Origin: a virus
Lineage: Duplodnaviria > Caudoviricetes
DNA: 45,171 bases
Virus record (IMG/VR): IMGVR_UViG_3300022697_000044
Coordinates: 1 to 45,171 of that record
Reading direction: 5' to 3' (one strand)
Below, piece by piece: positions 28,382 to 37,421 of this stretch. Under the pieces are notes generated by a model. It was given only the letters and a program-made list of their open reading frames with translations, was not told where the DNA came from and searched no databases. The translations under genes and the position numbers were made by a program. The stretch's first letter is position 1; each line of letters opens with the position of its first letter.

Positions 28382-28402
28382 TGCGAATACTACCAGTCCT
28401 TG

Positions 28403-28816
28403 TTATTCAGGTATCTCCCAGGCATAATCCCACCAAGTCGTTTCAATGCTTTGAAGGTTACTCCTGCCTCCACTTATCGCTGCATATATTCCACCTACTG
28501 CGCGTGCTACAACCTGCTTCCTATTCTTATGCCTCCATTCCCTTGGGTCGCTCCCTACCCATGCCCAAACAGGCGTGCCATTGAAACCCAAGGGCTCAGG
28601 CTCACGAGCGGGCGGCTTACCCTGGTCTAACGGTTCACGATGCCCCCAGCACATCAAATCCATAAGCATGTCGTACTCATAGGGTTGCGATTCAAATAGG
28701 AAACCAATGGTGTTGTTTTCCTTGGAGCTTATTACGCCATTGCCGTACACTGGATGCCACACCTTATCACCCACTCTACCGTCTCGTATAAAGTTTATGT
28801 CTGATGCTAGTTTCAC
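28403..28816 (-). CDS. Hypothetical protein
   Basis: 137 aa; VGDKVWHPVYGNGVI SH3-like start; GTGA-coupled. Confidence 0.7.
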   Translation of the reverse strand: MKLASDINFIRDGRVGDKVWHPVYGNGVISSKENNTIGFLFESQPYEYDMLMDLMCWGHREPLDQGKPPAREPEPLGFNGTPVWAWVGSDPREWRHKNRKQVVARAVGGIYAAISGGRSNLQSIETTWWDYAWEIPE

Positions 28817-29013
28817 ACTGTAACCTCCTCGTAGTTTGCTTCAAAGAAAGCTTTTGCTACATACCACTTATCGTTGATATTATCGCGGTTAATAGCAATC
28901 ATACCACCAATTTCAGGTATATCTTTAGGGCTTACAGATATACCCGTCATATCTTCATCAATTATGTAGGGGCGCATTGGCTGTATCCCCTTCTTTCGAT
29001 ATTGCTTAATCAT
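28813..29013 (-). CDS. Phage hypothetical protein
   Basis: Likely start ATG 29013 after AGGAGG; MIKQYRKK..QPMRPY...GGMIA.N..N..DKWYVAK.FFEANYE. Confidence 0.75.
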   Translation of the reverse strand: MIKQYRKKGIQPMRPYIIDEDMTGISVSPKDIPEIGGMIAINRDNINDKWYVAKAFFEANYEEVTV

Positions 29014-29045
29014 TCGTATTGTCCTCCTATTATAATAATACAGGT

Positions 29046-29069
29046 TTATACGCAGAGCCTGCATGCGTT
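29046..29069 (-). promoter_or_regulatory. Conserved 24-bp intergenic motif, copy 2
   Basis: 22/24 identical to 28358-28381. Confidence 0.55.
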
Positions 29070-29105
29070 AATAGCTTCTAGGGAACTCCTAGTTGCTTAG
29101 GCGTA

Positions 29106-29540
29106 CTAAGCCTGCGCTTGCCGTGATGTTCCTGTGTAGTTACGACCCTTAGACTCCCGGGTTTTAACGATGGCAGTAATGTCCATACCGTTGAGCCCTT
29201 GAATCAGTTCCGCCATAGACACACCCGCTGTGTCACCGAAGATATTAGTCAGGTAACGTTTGAAGAAGGGTAAGCCCTGCGTAGTAAGATTGAATCCCTC
29301 ACTTGCGAGTGCCCCCTCGTCTACCGCTACCTTTGTGCTATCTGCTAGTGCCACTGTGGCTACTACGGCATAGATGATATTAACCCTTACTCCTGCGGGC
29401 TTGTCATCAGTCGCTGGTAATTCTTTCGCTTCTGCTTTCTGTACGTGTAGTATATATTCACCGTTAGGCAAGTCCACAAATTCTGCTGCAATCTCAATTT
29501 CGTCCAGACTCGTTTCAAGTAGGCTATTCACTAATCCCAT
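29106..29540 (-). CDS. Probable ssDNA-binding protein (DUF669-like)
   Basis: FVDLPNGEY...V.KAE.K pattern; immediately downstream of the Sak4-like ATPase. Confidence 0.55.
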   Translation of the reverse strand: MGLVNSLLETSLDEIEIAAEFVDLPNGEYILHVQKAEAKELPATDDKPAGVRVNIIYAVVATVALADSTKVAVDEGALASEGFNLTTQGLPFFKRYLTNIFGDTAGVSMAELIQGLNGMDITAIVKTRESKGRNYTGTSRQAQA

Positions 29541-29615
29541 TCTCTTATTCTCCTATTCTATCTTAGTTTATGATATTCTGGTAGTCGAGGCAGAGCCAGT
29601 TGCACAATTCCTTAG

Positions 29616-30443
29616 CTAGAACAGCCCTTCCATACTAGGATCCTTATCCTCCTCTAGCTTAATTCCTAACCTATCACCTGCGATAGTATTCATCTTATAT
29701 ATAGGGCTGCTACCAGTCTTAAACTCCTTCAGTTCTACGTGGCGATAAATAACAGTACTGAAGTATTTACTAACCTTTAGACTGAAGTTCCTAGTACCAC
29801 ATAAGGGGATTACTGTCTCCTTCTTAGTGTCTTCAGCTTCATTGGTAGTTACCTGGGTAATTCCTATGATATTAGTATGACTCTGCTGCAGCATGGAGAA
29901 TAGGTCTGAGAGTAGCTTACCCTGCTCCACATATTTGGCGAAGGCATTCTTATTACCTTCGGCTAGTCTGCATCCTACCACAAATGCGCTATCCCCTAGC
30001 TGGGAGAAGGAATCAGTTACGATACAAGACGTGGAATCCAGAGTGCTGATAGCCGGGAAGGTACTACTTGCCTTCCCCTTCACCTTACACCTGGTACAAT
30101 TTACTTTACCATGCTCCTCACAGATAGTAATCCCTACCTTATTACTAAGCACCTTTAACATAGTTTCAATGCCTATAGGGTTATCCTTAGTATCTGGTAT
30201 ATTGTATAATTCAATCTTACTCATCTGTTCTGGGGTCAATCCCAATTCAGGATTGAGTAACGTGCTACTACCGTTCTCCAAGTCAAACCAGTATATGTGC
30301 TTAATGGAGGGTACACGGGCAATAGTAGCGGCTAGGAAAGTCTTACCACTTTTTGGTTGCCCATATATTAGCACCCTTCTTAAGGCTAAGTTGGTATGCT
30401 GTAGTTTCTTCCGTGCATTTACCAAGTCCATTAAATTAGCCAT
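29616..30443 (-). CDS. Sak4-like/AAA_24 ATPase (ssDNA annealing)
   Basis: VLIYGQPKSGKT, WFDLENG, IVTDSFS; CEEH...CTRC putative Zn insert. Confidence 0.75.
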   Translation of the reverse strand: MANLMDLVNARKKLQHTNLALRRVLIYGQPKSGKTFLAATIARVPSIKHIYWFDLENGSSTLLNPELGLTPEQMSKIELYNIPDTKDNPIGIETMLKVLSNKVGITICEEHGKVNCTRCKVKGKASSTFPAISTLDSTSCIVTDSFSQLGDSAFVVGCRLAEGNKNAFAKYVEQGKLLSDLFSMLQQSHTNIIGITQVTTNEAEDTKKETVIPLCGTRNFSLKVSKYFSTVIYRHVELKEFKTGSSPIYKMNTIAGDRLGIKLEEDKDPSMEGLF

Positions 30444-30463
30444 TATTTATATCTCCTTTTCCT

Positions 30464-31426
30464 TTATTCATTCGCTACTAACTCCAGCGCTTCTTCTACC
30501 AATTCATCCAGCTTAAAGTAGAATTGATACTCTTTAATACTACTTACCATTGGTGATTTATTATTGGTCAAATTACATACATCAAAGAAGGGGCAAGGGC
30601 GGTTCCATGATAGGCAACTACTTCCACGCTTAGGAAATAAGTTATACTCCAAATACATGCCCAACTTCTTAACCTCCATCTGTAGTCCAATCAACCACTC
30701 TAGCCTATCCATAAGCGTCTTATGGAAGTAGAAGTCATAGATAGTTGGGCGATAAGCTTCAGCCTTAGTTCGATGTAACTGTGCTACTCGGTAATGAATA
30801 TCGAATACTTGCTGATTATTATTTAACTTATCTATTATTAGGGCGTAGGCTAATCCTTGTGCGCTATTCTTAAAGTTCACTTCCAGGTTATTAGTCAAAC
30901 TAGAAGTCTTTAATTCTAGTGGGCGATATTTACCTGTACTTGGGGAGTACATAACCCCATCAAGGTAGCCTGTGTAATAGATAGTATCTGTTAACTGGAT
31001 GCAGAAGGAGAGTTCGGCGGCGGGCTTCCCCTCAAAACTAGCCAACTCCCAATCACATGGGTCATCTGTACCATTAGGCGTCCAAGGAGTTTCCATTAGC
31101 GCCTCTACTATCACATGCGCCTTACTAATACTTCTTATGTTATCCTCTAGCGCAGGATAATAGGCACGCCACGTCTCAAGTAGCACATCATCCATCATCT
31201 CCTGGTAGCCTAGTCTATTACTGGCAGATAATTCTAAGTAGCGTGCATAACCTACACCAACAGCAGAACCTAGGGATAAGGCGGGGCTAGTGTCCCTCTC
31301 TGCCTCCATTGGGTGGATTTTATACAACTCAAACTTACGGGGGCAAGTATTGAATACCTCCAAGGAAGAATAGGATACAGTTAACACTTTACCCGTGTCT
31401 AATGTGATCCCTTGAATACTATTCAT
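30464..31426 (-). CDS. PD-(D/E)XK exonuclease (Cas4/AddB-like, probable Fe-S cluster)
   Basis: SYSSL..F.TCPRKF, GYLDG...ELKTS, SAQGLAY, C-terminal C-x6-CPFFDVC; likely start ATG 31426. Confidence 0.82.
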   Translation of the reverse strand: MNSIQGITLDTGKVLTVSYSSLEVFNTCPRKFELYKIHPMEAERDTSPALSLGSAVGVGYARYLELSASNRLGYQEMMDDVLLETWRAYYPALEDNIRSISKAHVIVEALMETPWTPNGTDDPCDWELASFEGKPAAELSFCIQLTDTIYYTGYLDGVMYSPSTGKYRPLELKTSSLTNNLEVNFKNSAQGLAYALIIDKLNNNQQVFDIHYRVAQLHRTKAEAYRPTIYDFYFHKTLMDRLEWLIGLQMEVKKLGMYLEYNLFPKRGSSCLSWNRPCPFFDVCNLTNNKSPMVSSIKEYQFYFKLDELVEEALELVANE

Positions 31427-31628
31427 CGGTAATCGCATAGTTTGTATGCTCGCCTGTAGCATTAGCAATGTCGATTAGCAAATCGGCAGCGGCTATTAAA
31501 TCTTGTTTGCCCATACGTTTAGAAGTTTTATCAATTATTTTGTTTGCATGGTTCTTAGGCCATATCCTAATCCTGAACTCTAGGAACTTTCTATTATTCT
31601 TTGTTATGTCCTCTGCTACGATGTCCAT
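31419..31628 (-). CDS. Hypothetical protein
   Basis: 69-aa ORF in a tightly packed operon. Confidence 0.6.
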   Translation of the reverse strand: MDIVAEDITKNNRKFLEFRIRIWPKNHANKIIDKTSKRMGKQDLIAAADLLIDIANATGEHTNYAITDE

Positions 31629-31629
31629 A

Positions 31630-31956
31630 TCACCAATCTCCTAAGTCTAGTTTAGCTAACCCGCTCAAATTTAATACTGCCTGTGGTTTTTTCTTTCTAG
31701 TACCTGCACCCTTTCTAACCTTCGGCATACTCTGTAATAATATATCCTCTGTCATGCGTTTCCTTTCGGCGGTGACAAGTACACCAATATCCTCCGGTAG
31801 GAGCATATCCACTAAGTGAGGAGTAGCCTGGAGTTGCTTCTGTAGGACTAGCAGGTGTGTACTAACCTGCCCCATATCTGACTCCTCTAGTGCCTGTTGG
31901 ATCTTATCTATATTACTTTGTACTTTAGTGTAATCTAACTCCTGAGTATTAGGCAT
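31630..31956 (-). CDS. Hypothetical protein
   Basis: 108 aa; AGGAGG RBS. Confidence 0.75.
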   Translation of the reverse strand: MPNTQELDYTKVQSNIDKIQQALEESDMGQVSTHLLVLQKQLQATPHLVDMLLPEDIGVLVTAERKRMTEDILLQSMPKVRKGAGTRKKKPQAVLNLSGLAKLDLGDW

Positions 31957-32173
31957 ACCAAAATCCTCCTACTTCTGATTCCACCCGGTTATAGGTAGTA
32001 GCTAATCTAACATAGCCTACCTCTTCCAGGAAATTAATCACTAAATCATCTGCAGCTATGTGTATGGATTCAGCATCTTCCCGTCCATCATGCGCGTGTA
32101 AGGCTTCCAGTCGCCGTATGTACTCTAACTCCAGTTTTCTGTTTATCCGATTCATATCGTCTGTAGTACTCAT
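31949..32173 (-). CDS. Hypothetical protein
   Basis: 74 aa; D.ES.H..ADD...FL...GY...FWYA. Confidence 0.7.
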   Translation of the reverse strand: MSTTDDMNRINRKLELEYIRRLEALHAHDGREDAESIHIAADDLVINFLEEVGYVRLATTYNRVESEVGGFWYA

Positions 32174-32175
32174 AG

Positions 32176-32463
32176 TTAAAAATCCTTCGCTGGTTCAATA
32201 TTAGTAATGCCTTCCAGTGCCTTGCCTCTGCTCACTAAGCTAATTCGTAACCTAGTCATAGTATCATCAGGTTCAGCTAGTTCATGCAGTGGAATCTCCT
32301 TATACTCTAATCGCCTGTAGTCGGCGAACTCCGCCAACTGTGCTTGCTGGCGGCTCCTATAATTCGATAACCTACTCTTTATCACCTTCACCTGATTCCT
32401 CTTCACGGTGAGTATGATAGACTCATGCTTTACTAGTGTATCCATTAGTTCATGGGTATTCAT
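32176..32463 (-). CDS. Hypothetical protein
   Basis: 95 aa; AAGGAG RBS just after a sigma70-like promoter. Confidence 0.75.
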   Translation of the reverse strand: MNTHELMDTLVKHESIILTVKRNQVKVIKSRLSNYRSRQQAQLAEFADYRRLEYKEIPLHELAEPDDTMTRLRISLVSRGKALEGITNIEPAKDF

Positions 32464-32486
32464 GTTAGTAACTCCTTACGTATTTT

Positions 32487-32515
32487 ATTATATACCTTAT
32501 TTATCATATTTGCAA
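32487..32515 (-). promoter_or_regulatory. Sigma70-type promoter
   Basis: Minus strand reads TTGCAA-17 nt-TATAAT in an intergenic gap. Confidence 0.75.
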
Positions 32516-32537
32516 GTTTTGCCTTATTTGCCTGTAA

Positions 32538-32960
32538 TTACATAGTAAAATCATATATCCCCTTTGCTATCACCTTGCATACTATCAGTTCTGACTCATA
32601 GGAAGTATAATGAGGAGATAGTGCGCTGTTTATTACTACGTCATAAAACTCCCTGCCCGCCACTGCAATCGCCGTCTGACTTTTAGTAACATGTACTTTA
32701 CTGCATTTCGGGCAGTAGGGAAACACCTTACCATAATAGGCGGGGGACGTTAGCGTGTATACGTGTAGGCATGATAGGCACGTAGGATATTCAAACTTGT
32801 TATAGTTCAGAAGGGGGCGAGCCTGTTCCTGTAGTAGGTGGCCTCCCTTAATATGCAAGGGTGCATAGTATTGCACCCTCCCTTCCCAGTGCCCTTTCCA
32901 ATTAAAGCACCCGTGGTTACTCTTATGCAAATAGTTGGCTATAATACTCTCGGCTAGCAT
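32538..32960 (-). CDS. Hypothetical protein with two CxxC motifs
   Basis: CLSC...CPKC, a putative Zn ribbon. Confidence 0.65.
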   Translation of the reverse strand: MLAESIIANYLHKSNHGCFNWKGHWEGRVQYYAPLHIKGGHLLQEQARPLLNYNKFEYPTCLSCLHVYTLTSPAYYGKVFPYCPKCSKVHVTKSQTAIAVAGREFYDVVINSALSPHYTSYESELIVCKVIAKGIYDFTM

Positions 32961-33292
32961 TTCTGCGCACTTCCATTATGTACTATTAACCTCAAACTAT
33001 TACCTGATTTTAATTTGGTATTCTTAAGGCGAAGAGGATAAGGAGGAGTAGGTATTAACAGATCGGCGGTAGCAGTAAACCAAATCCATTCGCTATGGAA
33101 TAGTTCATGCACTGGCCTTTTCTCGTATGTCCAGACACGTAGTCCTTTCCCATCCTGAGCATAGCAATCACAATCTGCTGCTATATATACTGCCTCAGTA
33201 GGCACTTGAAACCACCGGCCATAAGCCTTAGTCCATTGATACCCTACAGTCAATTCTACCCATTTACCATTTATTAACTTGCTATCCTTCAT
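32954..33292 (-). CDS. Hypothetical protein
   Basis: 112 aa; AGGAG RBS. Confidence 0.7.
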   Translation of the reverse strand: MKDSKLINGKWVELTVGYQWTKAYGRWFQVPTEAVYIAADCDCYAQDGKGLRVWTYEKRPVHELFHSEWIWFTATADLLIPTPPYPLRLKNTKLKSGNSLRLIVHNGSAQKC

Positions 33293-35048
33293 AATTATCT
33301 CCTACTCCGTATTGCGATCTATCAAATGTTATGTGGCTATTCTCTATATTCTTACTCTTCATCTTCGTATTGAATGATTCAATTTTAGCATTCAAACTAT
33401 CCCCCTTAATTCTTTGCCTATATACTACCTTCTTCAGGGTATCACCTTTGGCTAGTATCATACAACTCTGTTTAGCCCTAGTCCCCGCAGTGTATAGCCA
33501 CTCCCTATTCGCTAGGAAATGACTTGCGTGTATTACTATAAACACCCTATTCCACTCGCAGCCTTGCGCCTTGTGCGCTGTTAGGCAATAGCCGAAGTCT
33601 AATCCATTTACTTCCCCTGCACTACTCCTTTCCTCCTCTGTGCCATCCTCTAGTAATACAGTTACCACATGGCTACTAGCCAATATCTTCTTCTCTGCCT
33701 CCGCCATATCGCCTGTTAGTACCTCCTTACCCCCTAGGTTATTGACATCCAATGTGCTATAATCAAATTCTGCCATGGTTAGTAAGTCGCTATCATTGCC
33801 TTCATTAGCATTGCTGTTACTCCAACCAAACCTGGTTAATTCTGTACTAGGCTCCTGCGGGGACACTCCATAATAATTACCGTTAATATGGATCTTACTA
33901 ATTACACCCTGCATCTTAGAACTTGCATCATATACTAAATCACCTACAGCAAAATAGTGCTTCATTAGACCAGATATTATCTCATATACTGTCCTAGGAC
34001 TACCTTCTGCCCTGCACTTATCATCCAACCAGCTAGATACTAGCTTGTTTATTATGATAGTACCACAACCTGCCTTATTAAATGGCGTTAGAATAATATC
34101 CTCCATTGGGTCGTATTTACCTGTAGTGTGTAGTTTGTTCATTACGTTGGCTACCGCCCGTCCCATCCTTTCCGCCCCCACGGGCTTATTACTAGCCCCG
34201 GTATCTACCTGGAAATCCTCGGTATCATCAGTCGGCGTATGACCATTCAATACCCTATGCATTTGCCTAATGATAGGCGAATCCAACGCTTGGCGATATA
34301 CATGGGTCAATTCTATTACGGGTAGTTTAATAAGTCCATAGTTTAATATGCTATCGCCGAATACTGGTGGTAGTTGATTCAGATCCCCTAGTAATATAAT
34401 CTGACAGCCAGGCTCTAGTGCAGAAAACAGCTTATCCCACAGGGATAAATCTACCATACTGGCTTCCTCGATTATTAGCGTCCGTATAGGGAGCCTATTC
34501 AAGGCATCCCGCCTAGGAACAAAACGCATCTTATCCTTATTAGCTTCCATATCGAAGTAGTATTCTGGGGCGACTTCTAGTAACTTATGTATGGTCATGA
34601 AGTTACTATATAGTTCATCCATCAGGTCAGGAGATAATTTACGTAAATTGCCTGCCATATTATTCACTGCCCGATTAGTGAAGGCTACAAAGGCTATGGC
34701 TGGCTTAGCCTCCTGGTCGTTGATACCTCCTTTCGGGTCACGGAAGGATACCATAGGGAGAGGTTGCGGATTATAGTCCCGGTTGGTAGATAATTTGGCG
34801 CGGGCGATACTATTCACTGTTAGCGTCTTACCAGTACCTGCTGCGCCTGTTAGTACAAATGATTCTCCAGCTAGTGCTAGGTTTACTGCCTCCTTCTGGC
34901 TATCGTTGAGTTCATAATCCTCTAGTGTTTTAGTGGTCTGTACTTGTTGCCGTTGGGCTACTATAGTATCCAGTTGGCTATTCAATTCGGTTAGGTGATT
35001 ATTAAGCCTATCTATGAGGGCACGGTGTTGTAATCTATCCCTAGTCAT
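33282..35048 (-). CDS. RecD/Dda-like SF1B helicase
   Basis: LTGAAGTGKT, AFTNRA, TIHKLL, IIEEASMV, GDLNQLPPV, YRQA, YCLTAHKAQG.EW, YTAGTRAK. Confidence 0.9.
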   Translation of the reverse strand: MTRDRLQHRALIDRLNNHLTELNSQLDTIVAQRQQVQTTKTLEDYELNDSQKEAVNLALAGESFVLTGAAGTGKTLTVNSIARAKLSTNRDYNPQPLPMVSFRDPKGGINDQEAKPAIAFVAFTNRAVNNMAGNLRKLSPDLMDELYSNFMTIHKLLEVAPEYYFDMEANKDKMRFVPRRDALNRLPIRTLIIEEASMVDLSLWDKLFSALEPGCQIILLGDLNQLPPVFGDSILNYGLIKLPVIELTHVYRQALDSPIIRQMHRVLNGHTPTDDTEDFQVDTGASNKPVGAERMGRAVANVMNKLHTTGKYDPMEDIILTPFNKAGCGTIIINKLVSSWLDDKCRAEGSPRTVYEIISGLMKHYFAVGDLVYDASSKMQGVISKIHINGNYYGVSPQEPSTELTRFGWSNSNANEGNDSDLLTMAEFDYSTLDVNNLGGKEVLTGDMAEAEKKILASSHVVTVLLEDGTEEERSSAGEVNGLDFGYCLTAHKAQGCEWNRVFIVIHASHFLANREWLYTAGTRAKQSCMILAKGDTLKKVVYRQRIKGDSLNAKIESFNTKMKSKNIENSHITFDRSQYGVGDNYEG

Positions 35049-35050
35049 AA

Positions 35051-35647
35051 CTATGCACCCACATCATTAAGGCGTATGGCTAGGGCATTCATCTTAGCCT
35101 CAATGTCTTGATAGTCTTTAATAGTATTATTAAGGGCAGTGATTTGGCTATCTAACTCCTCAATCCTATATTCAGCTTTATTAGTTTCCTTATGACTTTC
35201 CGTTAGTAAAGCATCCATGTGGGTAATACGCCCCCGTAATTCTACACACTTCGCTTTATAGTCCACAGTCTGCTCTTCTTTAGTTTGCTGTGCAATTCTA
35301 ATACTTCGTTCACCCGGAGTCTCTACATTCAATTTGGTAGCTTCTACACTCTTTCCCTTTTGGGCTACTCTAGCTAGACGCTCTACCAGTGTTAGCCCTG
35401 GCTTGGGCGGTACATTATCCAGTATTGCCACTACAGGCAACTCTACCATCCTTGGTGCTATTATATCACCCTCAGTATTGTCTTTATTATTATTGATATT
35501 ACCTACGTTGCTATTATTGCTCCCCTTCACAACAATGTTCGCTGCGCTCACGGGCGCTTCTTTCTTAGGTAGGGTAGTACTAACGTTGTCTGTGGGGTTA
35601 TTACTTATCCTTAACTGTGCTAATCTCTCTTGTATTGTTAATGCCAT
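35051..35647 (-). CDS. Hypothetical protein, disordered N-terminus and coiled-coil C-terminus
   Basis: 198 aa; AAGGAG RBS. Confidence 0.7.
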   Translation of the reverse strand: MALTIQERLAQLRISNNPTDNVSTTLPKKEAPVSAANIVVKGSNNSNVGNINNNKDNTEGDIIAPRMVELPVVAILDNVPPKPGLTLVERLARVAQKGKSVEATKLNVETPGERSIRIAQQTKEEQTVDYKAKCVELRGRITHMDALLTESHKETNKAEYRIEELDSQITALNNTIKDYQDIEAKMNALAIRLNDVGA

Positions 35648-35649
35648 GA

Positions 35650-36747
35650 CTATTTACTCCTTGCTAGTGCTAGCCTAGCTAATCTATCTTTTAATGATTC
35701 TGCCGCCTTAATAGTTTCTGTACCCGAATCCGTATTCACGCCTGTACTCATATCAGATTCAAGTACGTCCTTAAATGCAGCTAGTGCATAATCGTCCTTC
35801 TGAAATTCAATATCACTAGCCTTAAGCCATGCTACCGCCTCAAACATCTTATTCCTTCTGGCGTTATTATGCTCCTGCATACTAGCCTTCTGTAGCATAC
35901 TAATAGCCTTTGCCAAAACTACTTCATTATAGTTACGCTCTTTCACCATAGATTTCAACTTGGTTACTTGCTTCTCACTATATATAGTATAGAGTTGCAT
36001 TAAGGTGATACTCTTATACAGCTTACGTTGTAGGCTGGCGGCTGGCATCCGGCGACACCTCTTATAAATCTCGTCTTCTATACTATTCTTAACAGCTTCT
36101 ATAATATCGGTGTATTGTACCACTATGCTACTACCGTCACTTAATTCTACCTCCGTAATGTCTAACTCCCCTGCCCCTGTCCTACAGATGGTTGGATTAC
36201 TACTAGCTAGCATTAATAATTCTTCTGCCGTAGGAGGTAACAAATCATTGACCCAATCTTGTAGGTTCTTTAAGAAGTACTCATTCATTCCTTCCTTCTC
36301 ACTGCCCTGTAATAGGCAAGACTCTAAGCAGAATTGAAACTCTCTCTTATTAGCTTCCTTTCTTACTTTATAGCCTTTGGCTATCTTAATTAACCTACTC
36401 TCCTGCTTAAGTAGCCTGTGCAACATACATAATAATTGGCTAGTCTTATTAGCTTGCTTACATATAGTATTATTCGCATGCAGGGCGATGCTCTTTGCGT
36501 TATCTCCTACTATCCGTAGTAACCCATGATGGCGCAGTACCGTTAAAATCGCACCTGATACTAAACCTTTATAATTATCTCCTATCTTAGTCCTATATTT
36601 AAAGGACTTTACCACTTGGTTATAATCGGCTAGTGGATGATTAGTCATGAATAGCATATCATCAGTATTATCACTATTATCACTATTGCTAGTACTATCA
36701 TCCAATTTTAAAATGATACCTGTATAATTGCACACTAGCATACTCAT
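35650..36747 (-). CDS. Hypothetical protein
   Basis: 365-aa ORF, ATGA-coupled. Confidence 0.8.
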   Translation of the reverse strand: MSMLVCNYTGIILKLDDSTSNSDNSDNTDDMLFMTNHPLADYNQVVKSFKYRTKIGDNYKGLVSGAILTVLRHHGLLRIVGDNAKSIALHANNTICKQANKTSQLLCMLHRLLKQESRLIKIAKGYKVRKEANKREFQFCLESCLLQGSEKEGMNEYFLKNLQDWVNDLLPPTAEELLMLASSNPTICRTGAGELDITEVELSDGSSIVVQYTDIIEAVKNSIEDEIYKRCRRMPAASLQRKLYKSITLMQLYTIYSEKQVTKLKSMVKERNYNEVVLAKAISMLQKASMQEHNNARRNKMFEAVAWLKASDIEFQKDDYALAAFKDVLESDMSTGVNTDSGTETIKAAESLKDRLARLALARSK

Positions 36748-36974
36748 GCCTTCATCCCATTGCGAAACAAGTTCTTATGGTTCTCCGTAGCTTTACTATG
36801 AAACTTACTCTCCAACCATACCTCTCCCATACCATTATCCAAACCTATTATATCCCGGTATGAGTAACCTACCCTAATCACCACCTCATCGCCCTTTATT
36901 CTCAATTCAATGTAATGGCCTATTCTTTTAATATATATACTATCTACCATAGTACGTAATTGTTCAATAGTCAT
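36744..36974 (-). CDS. Hypothetical protein
   Basis: 76 aa; AAGGAG RBS downstream of a promoter. Confidence 0.7.
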   Translation of the reverse strand: MTIEQLRTMVDSIYIKRIGHYIELRIKGDEVVIRVGYSYRDIIGLDNGMGEVWLESKFHSKATENHKNLFRNGMKA

Positions 36975-37051
36975 AATTTTACTACTCCTTGTTGCCTTGG
37001 ACTATTAGTTATATGCCCAAGGTCATACTGTGATGCCAGATCACTTTTTCG

Positions 37052-37080
37052 ATTATATCAGAAATATCAAATCAATGCAA
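37052..37080 (-). promoter_or_regulatory. Sigma70-type promoter with extended -10
   Basis: Minus strand reads TTGCAT-17 nt-TATAAT with TGn immediately before the -10. Confidence 0.75.
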
Positions 37081-37102
37081 TATTTGATATTTATTGATTT
37101 AT

Positions 37103-37420
37103 TCATTTTTCCCCTGCACTAATCTGGACTAGCACCTCCTGACTAATCACCACTGCACTACTATCTCTCCACGCCTGCTCCAATTCTACTCCTATCTTCC
37201 TATCCTTACTCTCCTCCCTTAGCCTTTTCCTAGCTAGCCTTTTCCTTTCCAGTAGTCGAAGTTGTTCTACCTCTCTCTCCTCTACCGTCATTGCTAGTAA
37301 TTTCCTTCTCTCTGCTAGTTGCTCCTCCCTATACTTAGCCTTTAATTCCCTATCCAGTCTATTTAATTCTAATGCATCCCTTAGTTCCTCGCTACTAGCT
37401 TTAATATCTAAACCCTCCAT
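37103..37420 (-). CDS. Highly charged E/R/K/L-rich helical protein
   Basis: 105 aa; GAGG RBS. Confidence 0.7.
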   Translation of the reverse strand: MEGLDIKASSEELRDALELNRLDRELKAKYREEQLAERRKLLAMTVEEREVEQLRLLERKRLARKRLREESKDRKIGVELEQAWRDSSAVVISQEVLVQISAGEK

Positions 37421-37421
37421 A

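Noticed and set aside
28254-28400. tRNA gene
   Set aside because: No cloverleaf, T-loop GTTC(G/A)A in the right context, or acceptor stem with CCA.
30464-31426. Cas4 as part of a CRISPR system
   Set aside because: Its context beside Sak4-like and SSB-like genes fits an ordinary phage recombination exonuclease.
34455-34480. Inactive helicase because Walker B reads EEAS instead of DEAS
   Set aside because: The change is conservative and all other SF1B motifs are intact.
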